Source of the DNA: an uncultured Chloroflexia bacterium
Lineage (GTDB): Bacteria > Chloroflexota > Limnocylindria > Limnocylindrales > CSP1-4
Assembly: GCA_963812745.1 (NCBI GenBank)
Contig: CAWEWE010000002.1
Coordinates: 11,277 to 75,276, forward strand
Length of the DNA stretch: 64,000 nucleotides
Direction: 5' to 3'
Part shown: positions 45,215 to 53,080 of the stretch, in pieces
Layout of the letters: each line of letters starts with the position of its first letter
How positions within the stretch are numbered: the stretch's first letter is position 1
Made by a program: the position numbers and the translations under genes
The notes under the pieces: generated by a model
Told to the model about the DNA's origin: nothing
The model's input: the letters and a program-made list of their open reading frames with translations, nothing else
Database searches by the model: none

Positions 45215-45285
45215 AGGGTGCTGCCGGGCGGAATCAGAACGTTGAACATGACAGAAGCTGTCAAGTCTGGCGGTATGCTGTCTCG

Positions 45286-46275
45286 ATGCGGGCCAGCCGT
45301 CTCGTCAATCTGCTCCTGCTGCTCCAGAGCCGGGGCGGCATGACCGCGACCGAGCTCGCCCGCGAGCTCGAGGTGTCGGTGCGGACGGTCCATCGGGACG
45401 TCGAGGAGCTCAGCGCCGCCGGCGTCCCGATCTACGCGGAGCGTGGGCCGCTCGGCGGGATCCGTCTGGTCGACGGCTACCGGACGCGCCTGACCGGCAT
45501 GACGGCCGACGAGGCCGAGGCCCTGTTCCTGTCGGGTGTGACCGGTCCCGCCGCCCAGCTCGGGCTGGGCACCGTCGTCGCCGCCGCGCAGCTCAAGGTG
45601 ATGGCCGCCCTCCCGCCGGAGCTGCGGTCGCGCGCGTCGCGCATCGTCCAGCGGTTCCACCTGGACGCGGCCGGCTGGTTCCAGGCGGACGAGTCGGTGC
45701 CCCACCTGGCGACCCTGTCGACCGGTGTGTGGGAGAGCCGGACGGTCGCTGTCGACTACGATCGGGGCAACGAGGTGGTCCCGCGAGAGATCGGTCCACT
45801 CGGCCTCGTGCTCAAGGGTGGCATCTGGTACGTGGTGGCCGTCGTGGACGGGCAGATCCGCACGTATCGTGCGTCAAGGGTGGTCGGCGCCACGGTGCTC
45901 GACGATCCGGTCGAGCGGCCGGAGGACTTCGACCTCGCGGCGTACTGGACCGAATCCAGCGCCGCCTACGAACGCGAGGCACCGCGGGTCGTCGTCGATG
46001 TACGGGTGCGCGAGGACCAGGCATGGCGGATCAACCAGGTCTTCGGCCGCGGCACCGTCGCGGCGTCGGAACGCGTCGATGAGTCGAACCATCCCGGGAC
46101 GCTTCGACTGCGGTTGCGCCTCGGCTACCCCGACGAGGCGCCGGGGATGCTGCTCGCGGTCGGGCCGAACCTGGAGGTCATCGGCCCGCCAGATGTCCGC
46201 GACAAGCTGGTGATGCTGGCGACGAGGATCGCCGACCGTTACCGGCAGGCGGGGGCGCCGGACGCCGGTCGCTGA
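45286..46275 (+). CDS. YafY-family transcriptional regulator (HTH + WYL + WCX domains)
   Basis: RLVNLLLLLQSRGGMTATELARELEVSVRTVHRDVEELSAAGVPIYAERGPLGGIRL, then the WYL core LGLVLKGGIWYVVAVVDGQIRTYRASRV. TATGCT lies 6 nt before the ATG, suggesting a leaderless mRNA. Confidence 0.9.
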   Translation: MRASRLVNLLLLLQSRGGMTATELARELEVSVRTVHRDVEELSAAGVPIYAERGPLGGIRLVDGYRTRLTGMTADEAEALFLSGVTGPAAQLGLGTVVAAAQLKVMAALPPELRSRASRIVQRFHLDAAGWFQADESVPHLATLSTGVWESRTVAVDYDRGNEVVPREIGPLGLVLKGGIWYVVAVVDGQIRTYRASRVVGATVLDDPVERPEDFDLAAYWTESSAAYEREAPRVVVDVRVREDQAWRINQVFGRGTVAASERVDESNHPGTLRLRLRLGYPDEAPGMLLAVGPNLEVIGPPDVRDKLVMLATRIADRYRQAGAPDAGR

Positions 46276-46463
46276 AGGCGGCCCACCGGCCTCGACTCCT
46301 CGCGGCTCGACTCGGTCGGCTCGGTCGTCTCGGTTGGGCGCAGCAGCCGGCGTAGGCGGAGCTCCTGCTCGATCTCGCGCTCTCGGTCGTGCTGGAGGAT
46401 GCGGGCGAGTTCGATGTTCATCATGTGCTCATGATGGCGACCGTACATGCCGGAACCTGTCAT
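46239..46463 (-). CDS. Possible small charged protein (very uncertain)
   Basis: 74-aa ORF containing MNIELARILQHDREREIEQELRLRRLL. It overlaps the WYL gene 3' end by 37 nt. No RBS or family recognised. Confidence 0.2.
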   Translation of the reverse strand: MTGSGMYGRHHEHMMNIELARILQHDREREIEQELRLRRLLRPTETTEPTESSREESRPVGRLQRPASGAPACR

Positions 46464-46540
46464 GAATCCGGCGCGCTAACAACGCAGAACACCGCTTGGC
46501 CGCTCGACGTCCCCACGCGCGAGCGGCCAGCGGCGATTCG

Positions 46541-46567
46541 GTTGTTCTTCAGTTGTTCTTCAGTTCT
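46541..46567. repeat. 11-bp tandem repeat (GTTGTTCTTCA x2 plus partial GTTCT)
   Basis: Read directly in a locally AT-richer non-coding stretch. Confidence 0.85.
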
Positions 46568-46743
46568 GGCATTCGGCGGACCGCCGTCCGGTCAGGTTTG
46601 CCGGCTCCGCCGTCACCCGGCATCCCGCCGGAGGATCGACGCGCCGCCGGTCGATGGTCTTGATGTCCGGCGTTCCGTTTCGTGCTTGCCGTGACGATAG
46701 GCGCGTCGCTGCAATACACCACTCGGCGTGCGACATGAACCGG

Positions 46744-46761
46744 TATGGACATCTGTCCATA
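46744..46761. promoter_or_regulatory. Perfect 18-bp palindrome, candidate operator upstream of the DUF4112 gene
   Basis: TATGGACA-TC-TGTCCATA, ending 8 nt before ATG 46770. Confidence 0.35.
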
Positions 46762-46769
46762 CTCAGGGC

Positions 46770-47258
46770 ATGGCAGTCCATGGGGACGTCGTCGGTCTGT
46801 CGCGGACCGAGCAATTCGCCGCCGCCGAACGCCGCATCGGACGGGTGACGCACGTCCTCGACGAACTGGTGTCGGTCCCGGGCACGTCGATCAAGGTCGG
46901 GCTCGATCCGGTCATCGGCGTGATCCCGATCGCCGGCGATGCGCTCGCCGCGCTGGTCGGTGTCTGGGTGATCCTCGAGGCGTCGCGGTTCGGCATCCCC
47001 CGCGTCGTCCTGGGACGGATGCTTGCGAACCTCGTCCTGGACCTCGGCATCGGCGCGATCCCGCTCATCGGCGACGCGTACGACCTGTTCTTCCGGTCGA
47101 ACAGCCGGAACCTCGCGCTGTTCCGGCGCCATGCGCTCGATCCGGGCGCCTCGACCCGCGGTGAGCAGGCGTTCTTCGTGGGCTTGCTGGTCCTCGCGAT
47201 CGGGCTCCTGTGGCTGGTCGCGACCGTCATCGGCTGGATCGGCTCGACCCAGCTCTGA
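46770..47258 (+). CDS. DUF4112 domain membrane protein
   Basis: GLDPVIGVIPIAGDALAALVGVWVILEASRFGIPRVVLGRMLANLVLDLGIGAIPLIGDAYDLFFRSNSRNLAL is the characteristic DUF4112 pattern. Confidence 0.8.
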   Translation: MAVHGDVVGLSRTEQFAAAERRIGRVTHVLDELVSVPGTSIKVGLDPVIGVIPIAGDALAALVGVWVILEASRFGIPRVVLGRMLANLVLDLGIGAIPLIGDAYDLFFRSNSRNLALFRRHALDPGASTRGEQAFFVGLLVLAIGLLWLVATVIGWIGSTQL

Positions 47259-47265
47259 GCCCCGA

Positions 47266-48243
47266 CTAGCCGGCTGAGGCGATCCTCGGCGTGGTCGACG
47301 ACGCGACCTTCTCCTCGAACCGGCGCGCCGCCTCGTCGAGCGCCACCAGATGCTCGGCGAGTCGTCGTCGGGCCTCCTCGGCGGCGGCGTCAAGGCCCTC
47401 CAGCTCGAAGATCCGCCAGTGCCGCAGGATCGGCATGATGACTTCGTCGTGGTGGACGCGCAGGTCGTAGATGCCGGCCTTCGCGATCTGCGCGGCCTTG
47501 CGGATGAAACCCGGGATCCCGGCCCCCGGCATCTCGAACGCGAGCACCTCGTCGACGATCGCGCGAACAGCGGCTGACGGCTGGACCTGCAACGCCGCTC
47601 CGAGGATGTCCCGGTAGAACACCATGTGGAGGTTCTCATCGGCGGCGATCCGCACCATGATCCGGTCGGCGACGGGATCGGACGAGTAGCGCCCGGTATT
47701 GCGATGGGCGATCCGCGTTGCCAGTTCCTGGAAGGCCACGTAGGCAAGACCACGCAAGGTGCTCGGCGCATCGTGGTCGTAGCCCTGCTGGAGCTGGGTC
47801 ATCCGCCCGCGCTCGAGGGCGACCGGGTCGATGTTCCGGGTCACCGTCAGGTAGTCGCGGAGCACGATGGCGTGGCGACCCTCCTCCGCGGTCCAGCGCC
47901 CGACCCAGTTGATCCATGCTCCGTCGCCCTTGCCGAACATCCCATGGATCAGCCGGTGGTACGAGGGCAGGTTGTCCTCGGTCAGGAGGCCGATCTCGAA
48001 GGCGGTCTGGGCGACGCCGGTCAGCCGCGGCTGGTCCGGGGTCCACGGCTCCTTGTCGAAGTCGCGGCCGAGACGGTACGGGATGTACTCGTGCGGGAAC
48101 CACTCCTGCGCGACCTTGGCGTGCCGATCGAACAGACGAGCGGCCTCGGGTTCGAGCTCGACGAGCAGTGCGCGGTCCGCCTCGAGGGCAGTGGCGTGGT
48201 CGAGCGCCTGTCCCGGCTCGAGGCGGCGTTCGGTATCGGTCAC
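47266..48243 (-). CDS. Acyl-ACP desaturase (soluble di-iron fatty acid desaturase, DesA-like)
   Basis: 325 aa from GTG 48243 (RBS AGGAGA). Di-iron motifs TEDNLPSY, WTAEEGRHAIVLRDYL, ELATRIAHRN and ADENLHMVFY. Confidence 0.9.
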   Translation of the reverse strand: MTDTERRLEPGQALDHATALEADRALLVELEPEAARLFDRHAKVAQEWFPHEYIPYRLGRDFDKEPWTPDQPRLTGVAQTAFEIGLLTEDNLPSYHRLIHGMFGKGDGAWINWVGRWTAEEGRHAIVLRDYLTVTRNIDPVALERGRMTQLQQGYDHDAPSTLRGLAYVAFQELATRIAHRNTGRYSSDPVADRIMVRIAADENLHMVFYRDILGAALQVQPSAAVRAIVDEVLAFEMPGAGIPGFIRKAAQIAKAGIYDLRVHHDEVIMPILRHWRIFELEGLDAAAEEARRRLAEHLVALDEAARRFEEKVASSTTPRIASAG

Positions 48244-48358
48244 CTGGTCTCCTGAGTCAGTCTTGCGGAGTCGTCCGGAGCGTACCCGCCCAGCTGCGTT
48301 CGACCCCCGAGACCGATGCGCGCCTGCACACGACTGGAGGGCGGTAGACTCCGGCGCG

Positions 48359-49144
48359 ATGCCCGACCCCCGCCGAGTGACCGCGACCCGGTACGTGACA
48401 CCGCTTCGCGAAGGCGGCTCGCTGCCGGGCCTCATGGAGGCGGACGACGACGGGCTCTACGTGGTGAAGTTCCACGGCGCCGGCCAGGGTCCCCGCGCGC
48501 TGGTCGCCGAATGGCTCGTCGGCGAGATCGCGCGAGCGCTCGGGCTGCTCGTGCCCGAGATCGTGCTCGTCGACGTCGACGCCGGCATGGGTGACGCCGA
48601 ACCCGATGAGGAGCTGCAGGACCTCGTCCATCGCAGCGGTGGCCTGAACCTCGGCCTCGACTTCCTCCCCGGCGCCCTGACCTTCAACCCGGCGGCCGCG
48701 CCGGAGGTCGACCCGGCGCAGGCCGCCGACATCGTGTGGCTCGACGCGTTCGCGACCAACCCCGATCGCAGCGTGGCCAACCCGAACCTCCTGCTCTGGC
48801 ACGGCCGAACCTGGTTGATCGACCACGGCGCGGCGCTGTACATCCATCACACCTGGCGGGATCCGGAGACCCATGCCCGACAGGCGTTCGAGCGGATCCG
48901 CGACCACGTGCTACTGCCATACGCCGAGCCGGTCGAGGCGGCGGACGCTCGCCTCGCGCCGCGTCTGAGCCGAGGACTGTTCGCGGATCTGGCCGCCGGG
49001 ATCCCGGACGCGTGGCTGCCCGACGATGACCGCGCCGGGGATGCCGACGCGCAGCGGGCCGCCTACGTCGACTATCTCGACGGCCGATTGGCCGCCAACG
49101 CCCGTTTCGTGGAGGAGGCGGACCGTGCCCGACGAGCCGCGTAG
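48359..49144 (+). CDS. HipA-like (HipA family) serine/threonine kinase, short stand-alone form
   Basis: 261 aa. VTATRYVTPLREGGSLPG, Gly-rich VVKFHGAGQGPRAL, catalytic-loop-like FATNPDRSVANPNLLLW, and metal-binding-like WLIDHGAAL. Confidence 0.72.
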   Translation: MPDPRRVTATRYVTPLREGGSLPGLMEADDDGLYVVKFHGAGQGPRALVAEWLVGEIARALGLLVPEIVLVDVDAGMGDAEPDEELQDLVHRSGGLNLGLDFLPGALTFNPAAAPEVDPAQAADIVWLDAFATNPDRSVANPNLLLWHGRTWLIDHGAALYIHHTWRDPETHARQAFERIRDHVLLPYAEPVEAADARLAPRLSRGLFADLAAGIPDAWLPDDDRAGDADAQRAAYVDYLDGRLAANARFVEEADRARRAA

Positions 49145-49514
49145 CCCCTATCAGTACGCGATCGTGCGGGTGGTCCCGCACGTCGAGCGCGGCGAGTGCA
49201 TCAACGCCGGCGTCGTGCTGCTCTGCCGGTCACGCGGCTACATCGGCGCCGCCACGTTCCTCGACGAGACCCGGCTGCGGGCGCTCGCGCCCGACACCGA
49301 CATCGCGATGATCCGCAGCCATCTCGACGCCATCGAGCGGGTCGCCCGGGGCGATCCGGCAGGCGGGCCGATCGCCCGATCATCGATCGCCGAGCGGTTC
49401 CACTGGCTCGTCGCACCCGCCAGCACCATCATCCAGCCATCGGCGGTCCACACCGGCCTGGCCGACGATCCGGCCGCGGAGCTCGATCGACTGCTCGACG
49501 ATCTCGTCCGCTAG
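49125..49514 (+). CDS. DUF3037 domain protein
   Basis: 129 aa from GTG 49125 (RBS GGAGGAGG 49110-49118). It overlaps the kinase gene by 20 nt. YQYAIVRVVPHVERGECINAGVVLLC is as I remember the DUF3037 N-terminal pattern. Confidence 0.72.
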   Translation: MPDEPRSPYQYAIVRVVPHVERGECINAGVVLLCRSRGYIGAATFLDETRLRALAPDTDIAMIRSHLDAIERVARGDPAGGPIARSSIAERFHWLVAPASTIIQPSAVHTGLADDPAAELDRLLDDLVR

Positions 49515-49520
49515 CGCGGC

Positions 49521-50057
49521 TCAGCCGCCGGCGGCGTCGAGCGCCGCCAGCAGGGCGTCGCGCAGCGTCTGGCCGTGGGCAGGGCTGGCGGAGACCACCA
49601 GGACCTCGGGGATGCTGCCGGCGGGTCCCGTCATCCGCTCCTCAGTTGCGGCGCGGATCCGCTCAGCGAGGACCTCGGCCTCGGCCTCATCGGTCTCCGG
49701 CAACAACACGTGGAAGCGATCGGCCGCCGCTCGCGTGACCCGGTCGGTCTCGCGGACATGCTCGCGGACGATGTCACCGACCCGCACCCCGATGCGGTCC
49801 AGCGCGGCGGCCCTGGCGACCTCGATCCGGACGACGAGCACCGACGCCGGCCGTGCGTAGCGGACCATCCGCGCGTCCTCGTGACGGAGTGCCGCGTCCC
49901 AGTCCGGCCGCGTGTCCATCGGCATCTGGTTGCGCACGCTTCGCAGAGCGGCGCGCGGCCGTGGCGGACGCGGCCCGGGCCGCGGACTGATCGGCGGACC
50001 GTCGAGGAAGGCCTCGATGACCTCGCCGACACGCTCGTCGTGGTGCTCGGTCGGCAT
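49521..50057 (-). CDS. Degenerate GGDEF-like domain protein
   Basis: RYARPASVLVVRIEV...VREHVRETDRVTRAAADRFHVLLPETDEAEAEVLAERIR follows the GGDEF domain layout, but the GG(D/E)EF site reads AADRF. Confidence 0.55.
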   Translation of the reverse strand: MPTEHHDERVGEVIEAFLDGPPISPRPGPRPPRPRAALRSVRNQMPMDTRPDWDAALRHEDARMVRYARPASVLVVRIEVARAAALDRIGVRVGDIVREHVRETDRVTRAAADRFHVLLPETDEAEAEVLAERIRAATEERMTGPAGSIPEVLVVSASPAHGQTLRDALLAALDAAGG

Positions 50058-50196
50058 CACGAATTCGTGGCCGCTTGCCCCTTTGGGGCGCGCGGCGTCG
50101 TGCGGGCGGCGGCTCGTCGGGCAGCTCGGACATGGGGAAGTGCCAAGTCTAGCCGGGACGCTGGGAACGGTCCGCGAATTTGTCCCGCGAGGCCGG

Positions 50197-51756
50197 TCAG
50201 ACGCTGATGGCGAGCGACGGTCGGGCGACGCGGCGCGTGGACGGCGCGTATTCGGCCCAGGCGGCGGCCAGGCGTTCGACCCCTTCGACGAGACGATCGG
50301 GATCCGCGCCGTAGGCGATCCGGATGTGATCGCGGAACCCGCCGTCCGGCGACGCCAGCGGGCCCGGTCGGACGATCACGCCATGCCGAGCCGCGAACCG
50401 GCTGAACTGGACGGCATCCGCGTCGGGGAGCCTGATCCACAGCCACAGTCCGCCCGACGGCACCTCGAACGACCACTCCGGGAGGCGGGTCTTGAGGGCA
50501 TCCACCACGATGGAGCGACGCGTGGCTGCAGCCGCGGACGACCCGGCGACGACCTCGTCGATGCGCTCCAGCACGCGGGCGGCGATGGCCTGGGTGATCA
50601 GGCTGGTCGAGTGGTCGACGGCGATCTTGCCGGCCACGAGCCGGTCGATGTCGGCACGTGGCGCGCGGACCCAGCCGATCCGCAGCCCGCCCCACGCGAG
50701 CTTGCTGAGCGACCCGATCGTGATCACGCGGTCGCCCGGGTCGAAGGCCGCGATCGGCGGCGGGGCACCCACCCCGAGCGTCCAATCGGGGGTCAGGTCT
50801 TCGACGACCTGGAAGCCGAACTCGCCCGCGGCCCGCGCGAGATCGCGTCGGCGCGACTCCGGCATCGTGGCACCCGTCGGGTTCTGGAAGGTGGGCACCA
50901 CGTAGGCAAGCCGGACGGGAGCGCTCGCGGCGAGGAGCCCGGCGACGTCGACGCGTGGCCCATCGGGATCGACCGGCATCGGTAGCAGCCGGTTGCCGGT
51001 CGTCCGGAACGCATCGATCGCCCCGATGTAGGTGGGGTTCTCGAGGGCGACCGCGCTGCCCGGACCACCGATCTGCGACGCCACGAGGTAGACGGCCTGC
51101 TGGGCTCCGTTCGTCACGAGGATCTGGTCGGGATCGGTCGGGACGCCGAGGCGCTCGAGATAGCCGGCGATCCCGACGCGGAGTCGGGGCAGCCCGAACG
51201 GGTCATAGCCCATCTCGCCCAGGAGCGCTGGGACGTCGTCGCGCATCGCGGTCTCGACACAGCTGGCCACCGCCGGTCCCGCGGGCAACGCCCCGAGCGT
51301 GAACTGGATCGCGTCGGCATCGTGCTGGACCAGCCAATCCACCTGACCCTCGGCTGTCGACGACGCGCGAGCGATCCGGGTCGGCGGCTCGGTGTCCGTA
51401 TCCTCCGCGCGCGTCGGCGTGAGGGCGGAGAACCGCGGACGGCTGGTTGCGACGCGCGTCCCGCTTCCCTGGCGGCTGCGCGCGAGACCTGCCAGGCGCA
51501 GCCGATCGTAGGCGGCGACGATCGTCGTCCGGCTCAAGGCCAGCTCGCGGGCGAGCTCGCGCTCGGCCGGCAGTCGTGTCCCCGGCGGCAGCATCCCGAC
51601 CTCGATGGCGTTGGTCAGGGCGTCGGCGAGCTGCTCGTTGAGCGGATCCGCGCCATCGGCCCACGATCCGATCATGGACACCAGCGCCGGAGCCGAGACC
51701 ATCGATTGCCTTTTCAGTCCACTTTGCCAAGATTGGCTATTTGTGTCGTCCGTCAT
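50197..51756 (-). CDS. MocR-family regulator (GntR HTH + PLP aminotransferase-like domain)
   Basis: LNEQLADALTNAIEVGMLPPGTRLPAERELARELALSRTTIVAAYDRLRLAGL, then an aminotransferase fold with SLSKLAWGGLRIGW (PLP Lys). Start uncertain: ATG 51756, 51702 or 51675. Confidence 0.85.
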   Translation of the reverse strand: MTDDTNSQSWQSGLKRQSMVSAPALVSMIGSWADGADPLNEQLADALTNAIEVGMLPPGTRLPAERELARELALSRTTIVAAYDRLRLAGLARSRQGSGTRVATSRPRFSALTPTRAEDTDTEPPTRIARASSTAEGQVDWLVQHDADAIQFTLGALPAGPAVASCVETAMRDDVPALLGEMGYDPFGLPRLRVGIAGYLERLGVPTDPDQILVTNGAQQAVYLVASQIGGPGSAVALENPTYIGAIDAFRTTGNRLLPMPVDPDGPRVDVAGLLAASAPVRLAYVVPTFQNPTGATMPESRRRDLARAAGEFGFQVVEDLTPDWTLGVGAPPPIAAFDPGDRVITIGSLSKLAWGGLRIGWVRAPRADIDRLVAGKIAVDHSTSLITQAIAARVLERIDEVVAGSSAAAATRRSIVVDALKTRLPEWSFEVPSGGLWLWIRLPDADAVQFSRFAARHGVIVRPGPLASPDGGFRDHIRIAYGADPDRLVEGVERLAAAWAEYAPSTRRVARPSLAISV

Positions 51757-51777
51757 GCGTGCCAATATGCGCTCGTA

Positions 51778-51799
51778 CCAGTCCACTGTCAAGGACTGG
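51778..51799. promoter_or_regulatory. Inverted repeat in the MocR / micropeptide divergent spacer
   Basis: CCAGTCC-N8-GGACTGG read directly. The hexamer GACTGG also occurs in the equivalent spacer of the other MocR locus (23683-23688). Confidence 0.3.
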
Positions 51800-51821
51800 A
51801 ATGGAATGGTAGGGCGACGAC

Positions 51822-51971
51822 ATGACCATCGATCTCGCGATGGCGGCCCTTGTGGCGACCATCTTCCTGGGTCCATTCATCGCGCTGGCCGTCGCGGCCA
51901 TCCGCTTCGGCGCCGACTCCCGGCCTGGGATCGGCGACGCCGACCGCCGGCCCTGGCTCGTCGGCCACTGA
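51822..51971 (+). CDS. Unannotated 49-aa membrane micropeptide (DSR-motif peptide, copy 2)
   Basis: MTIDLAMAALVATIFLGPFIALAVAAIRFGADSRPGIGDADRRPWLVGH. Homologous to 23498..23626, followed by a terminator hairpin, and below the ORF-track cutoff. Confidence 0.55.
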   Translation: MTIDLAMAALVATIFLGPFIALAVAAIRFGADSRPGIGDADRRPWLVGH

Positions 51972-51994
51972 TCACCGACTCTCCGCGCAGGCGA

Positions 51995-52024
51995 ACGACC
52001 CCGGTCCTCGGCCGGGGTCGTTTC
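51995..52024 (+). terminator. Intrinsic terminator after micropeptide copy 2
   Basis: acgaccccgg-tcctcgg-ccggggtcgt (10-bp stem) followed by TTTCGTG. Confidence 0.55.
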
Positions 52025-52037
52025 GTGTCCGGTCGGG

Positions 52038-52607
52038 TCAGGTCTTGGCGGCCCGCATGGCGGCCTTCTTGGCGCGCTTGCCGGCCTGGTAGGACGCGAG
52101 CCCCTCAGGCGAGTCGACGTCGCCGAGCGTCGGATGCTTGGGCATCACGCGGTCCATCCCGGGTAGGTCGACGCCGAGACGCTTGCCGAGGATGGCGATG
52201 AGGCTCTTCGCCTTCATGTCACCGATGCCCGGCAAGGCGAGCAGGCGCCGCTCCAGGTCGGGGCCGTCGGCCGCTTCGGTCCAGATCCGGCTGGCGTCAT
52301 CGCCGTAGTCCTGGGCGATCGCGGCCGCGAGCTGCTGGACCTTGCCGGCCATGGAGCCCGGGAAGCGATGGAGCGCCGGTCGCTCGCGGAACGCCGCATC
52401 GAGCGTCGCCGCATCGGTCGCGGCGATCCGCGCTGCATCGAGGTGGCCGAGTCGTCGCTGCAGCTCGGCCGGGCCGGAGAAGGCCTTCTGGACGGTGACC
52501 TGCTGGTCCAGGGCGAAGCCGATGAGCAGGGCCAGCGGGTTGGCGACGAGCAGGCGGTCGGCCTCGTCGTCGCCGGTGAACGGCAGTCGATCGATCGTCG
52601 CAGTCAT
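52038..52607 (-). CDS. HhH-GPD-type base excision DNA repair protein
   Basis: 189 aa from ATG 52607. LLALPGIGDMKAKSLIAILGKRLG helix-hairpin-helix, plus a basic C-terminal tail. Confidence 0.8.
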   Translation of the reverse strand: MTATIDRLPFTGDDEADRLLVANPLALLIGFALDQQVTVQKAFSGPAELQRRLGHLDAARIAATDAATLDAAFRERPALHRFPGSMAGKVQQLAAAIAQDYGDDASRIWTEAADGPDLERRLLALPGIGDMKAKSLIAILGKRLGVDLPGMDRVMPKHPTLGDVDSPEGLASYQAGKRAKKAAMRAAKT

Positions 52608-52805
52608 CACCGCATGGTAGGCGGTCGCGGGGCGCTCAGCGCGCGCGAGCGCGAAGGTCGGCTCGCGGGGGAACTGCGCCCCGCCCCCGTCATCCGTCCA
52701 GCCCGACTCGCCACGGATGACGGCTGCGGTCAGCCGGACTCGGGAAGCATCATCGGAACACCCGATCACGTCGGTCGGGCGATGACGGATGGAAGGAGTT
52801 CGGCG

Positions 52806-52922
52806 ATGGCCTCGACCCCGATGATGCGGGCAGATGCCTTCGGGCTCCTCCCGTCGTTGCTCATCCTGCTGCTGCTGGTCCTTGCAAGCCTCGGCATCGT
52901 GGCCCAGGCCGCGACCGTCTAG
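52806..52922 (+). CDS. Unannotated 38-aa hydrophobic micropeptide
   Basis: MASTPMMRADAFGLLPSLLILLLLVLASLGIVAQAATV. RBS GGAAGGAG 8 nt upstream of ATG 52806. Confidence 0.45.
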   Translation: MASTPMMRADAFGLLPSLLILLLLVLASLGIVAQAATV

Positions 52923-53022
52923 CGCACAAGGACCGACCCGAGCGGATCCCATGGCCCCGGTGCGGACGTTCCCCCCGACGTCCCCGGGGCCTCCACATAC
53001 CAACGGCGAGACCTGCGCAAAC

Positions 53023-53052
53023 GATGAGGCCCGGCGGATGCCGGGCCTCATC
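53023..53052 (-). terminator. Perfect 13-bp-stem hairpin downstream of the secreted clan-CD-like gene
   Basis: gatgaggcccggc-ggat-gccgggcctcatc, 29 nt after the stop at 53081. The minus strand continues GTTTGCG. Confidence 0.5.
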
Positions 53053-53080
53053 AGCGAGTTCGAAGTGGCAGCGGACCAGG

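Noticed and set aside
45131-45245. Two tiny ORFs that both contain VKHT (MAVPVKHTLDLETLRRTPWGAFCSL and ..VKHTGCCRAESER), considered as possible RiPP precursors
   Set aside because: The shared residues simply reflect the 13-bp DNA direct repeat. There is no RBS, no modifying enzymes nearby, and the two are in different frames. The DNA-level repeat is the simpler explanation.
45259-45280. RecA-NDp/PafBC-like promoter motif (TGTCAAGT-N7-TATGCT) in front of the WYL regulator
   Set aside because: As I remember it, the mycobacterial consensus is tgtcRgtg-N8-TAnnnT. Here half of the upstream box differs and the spacing is one base short. It is suggestive at best.
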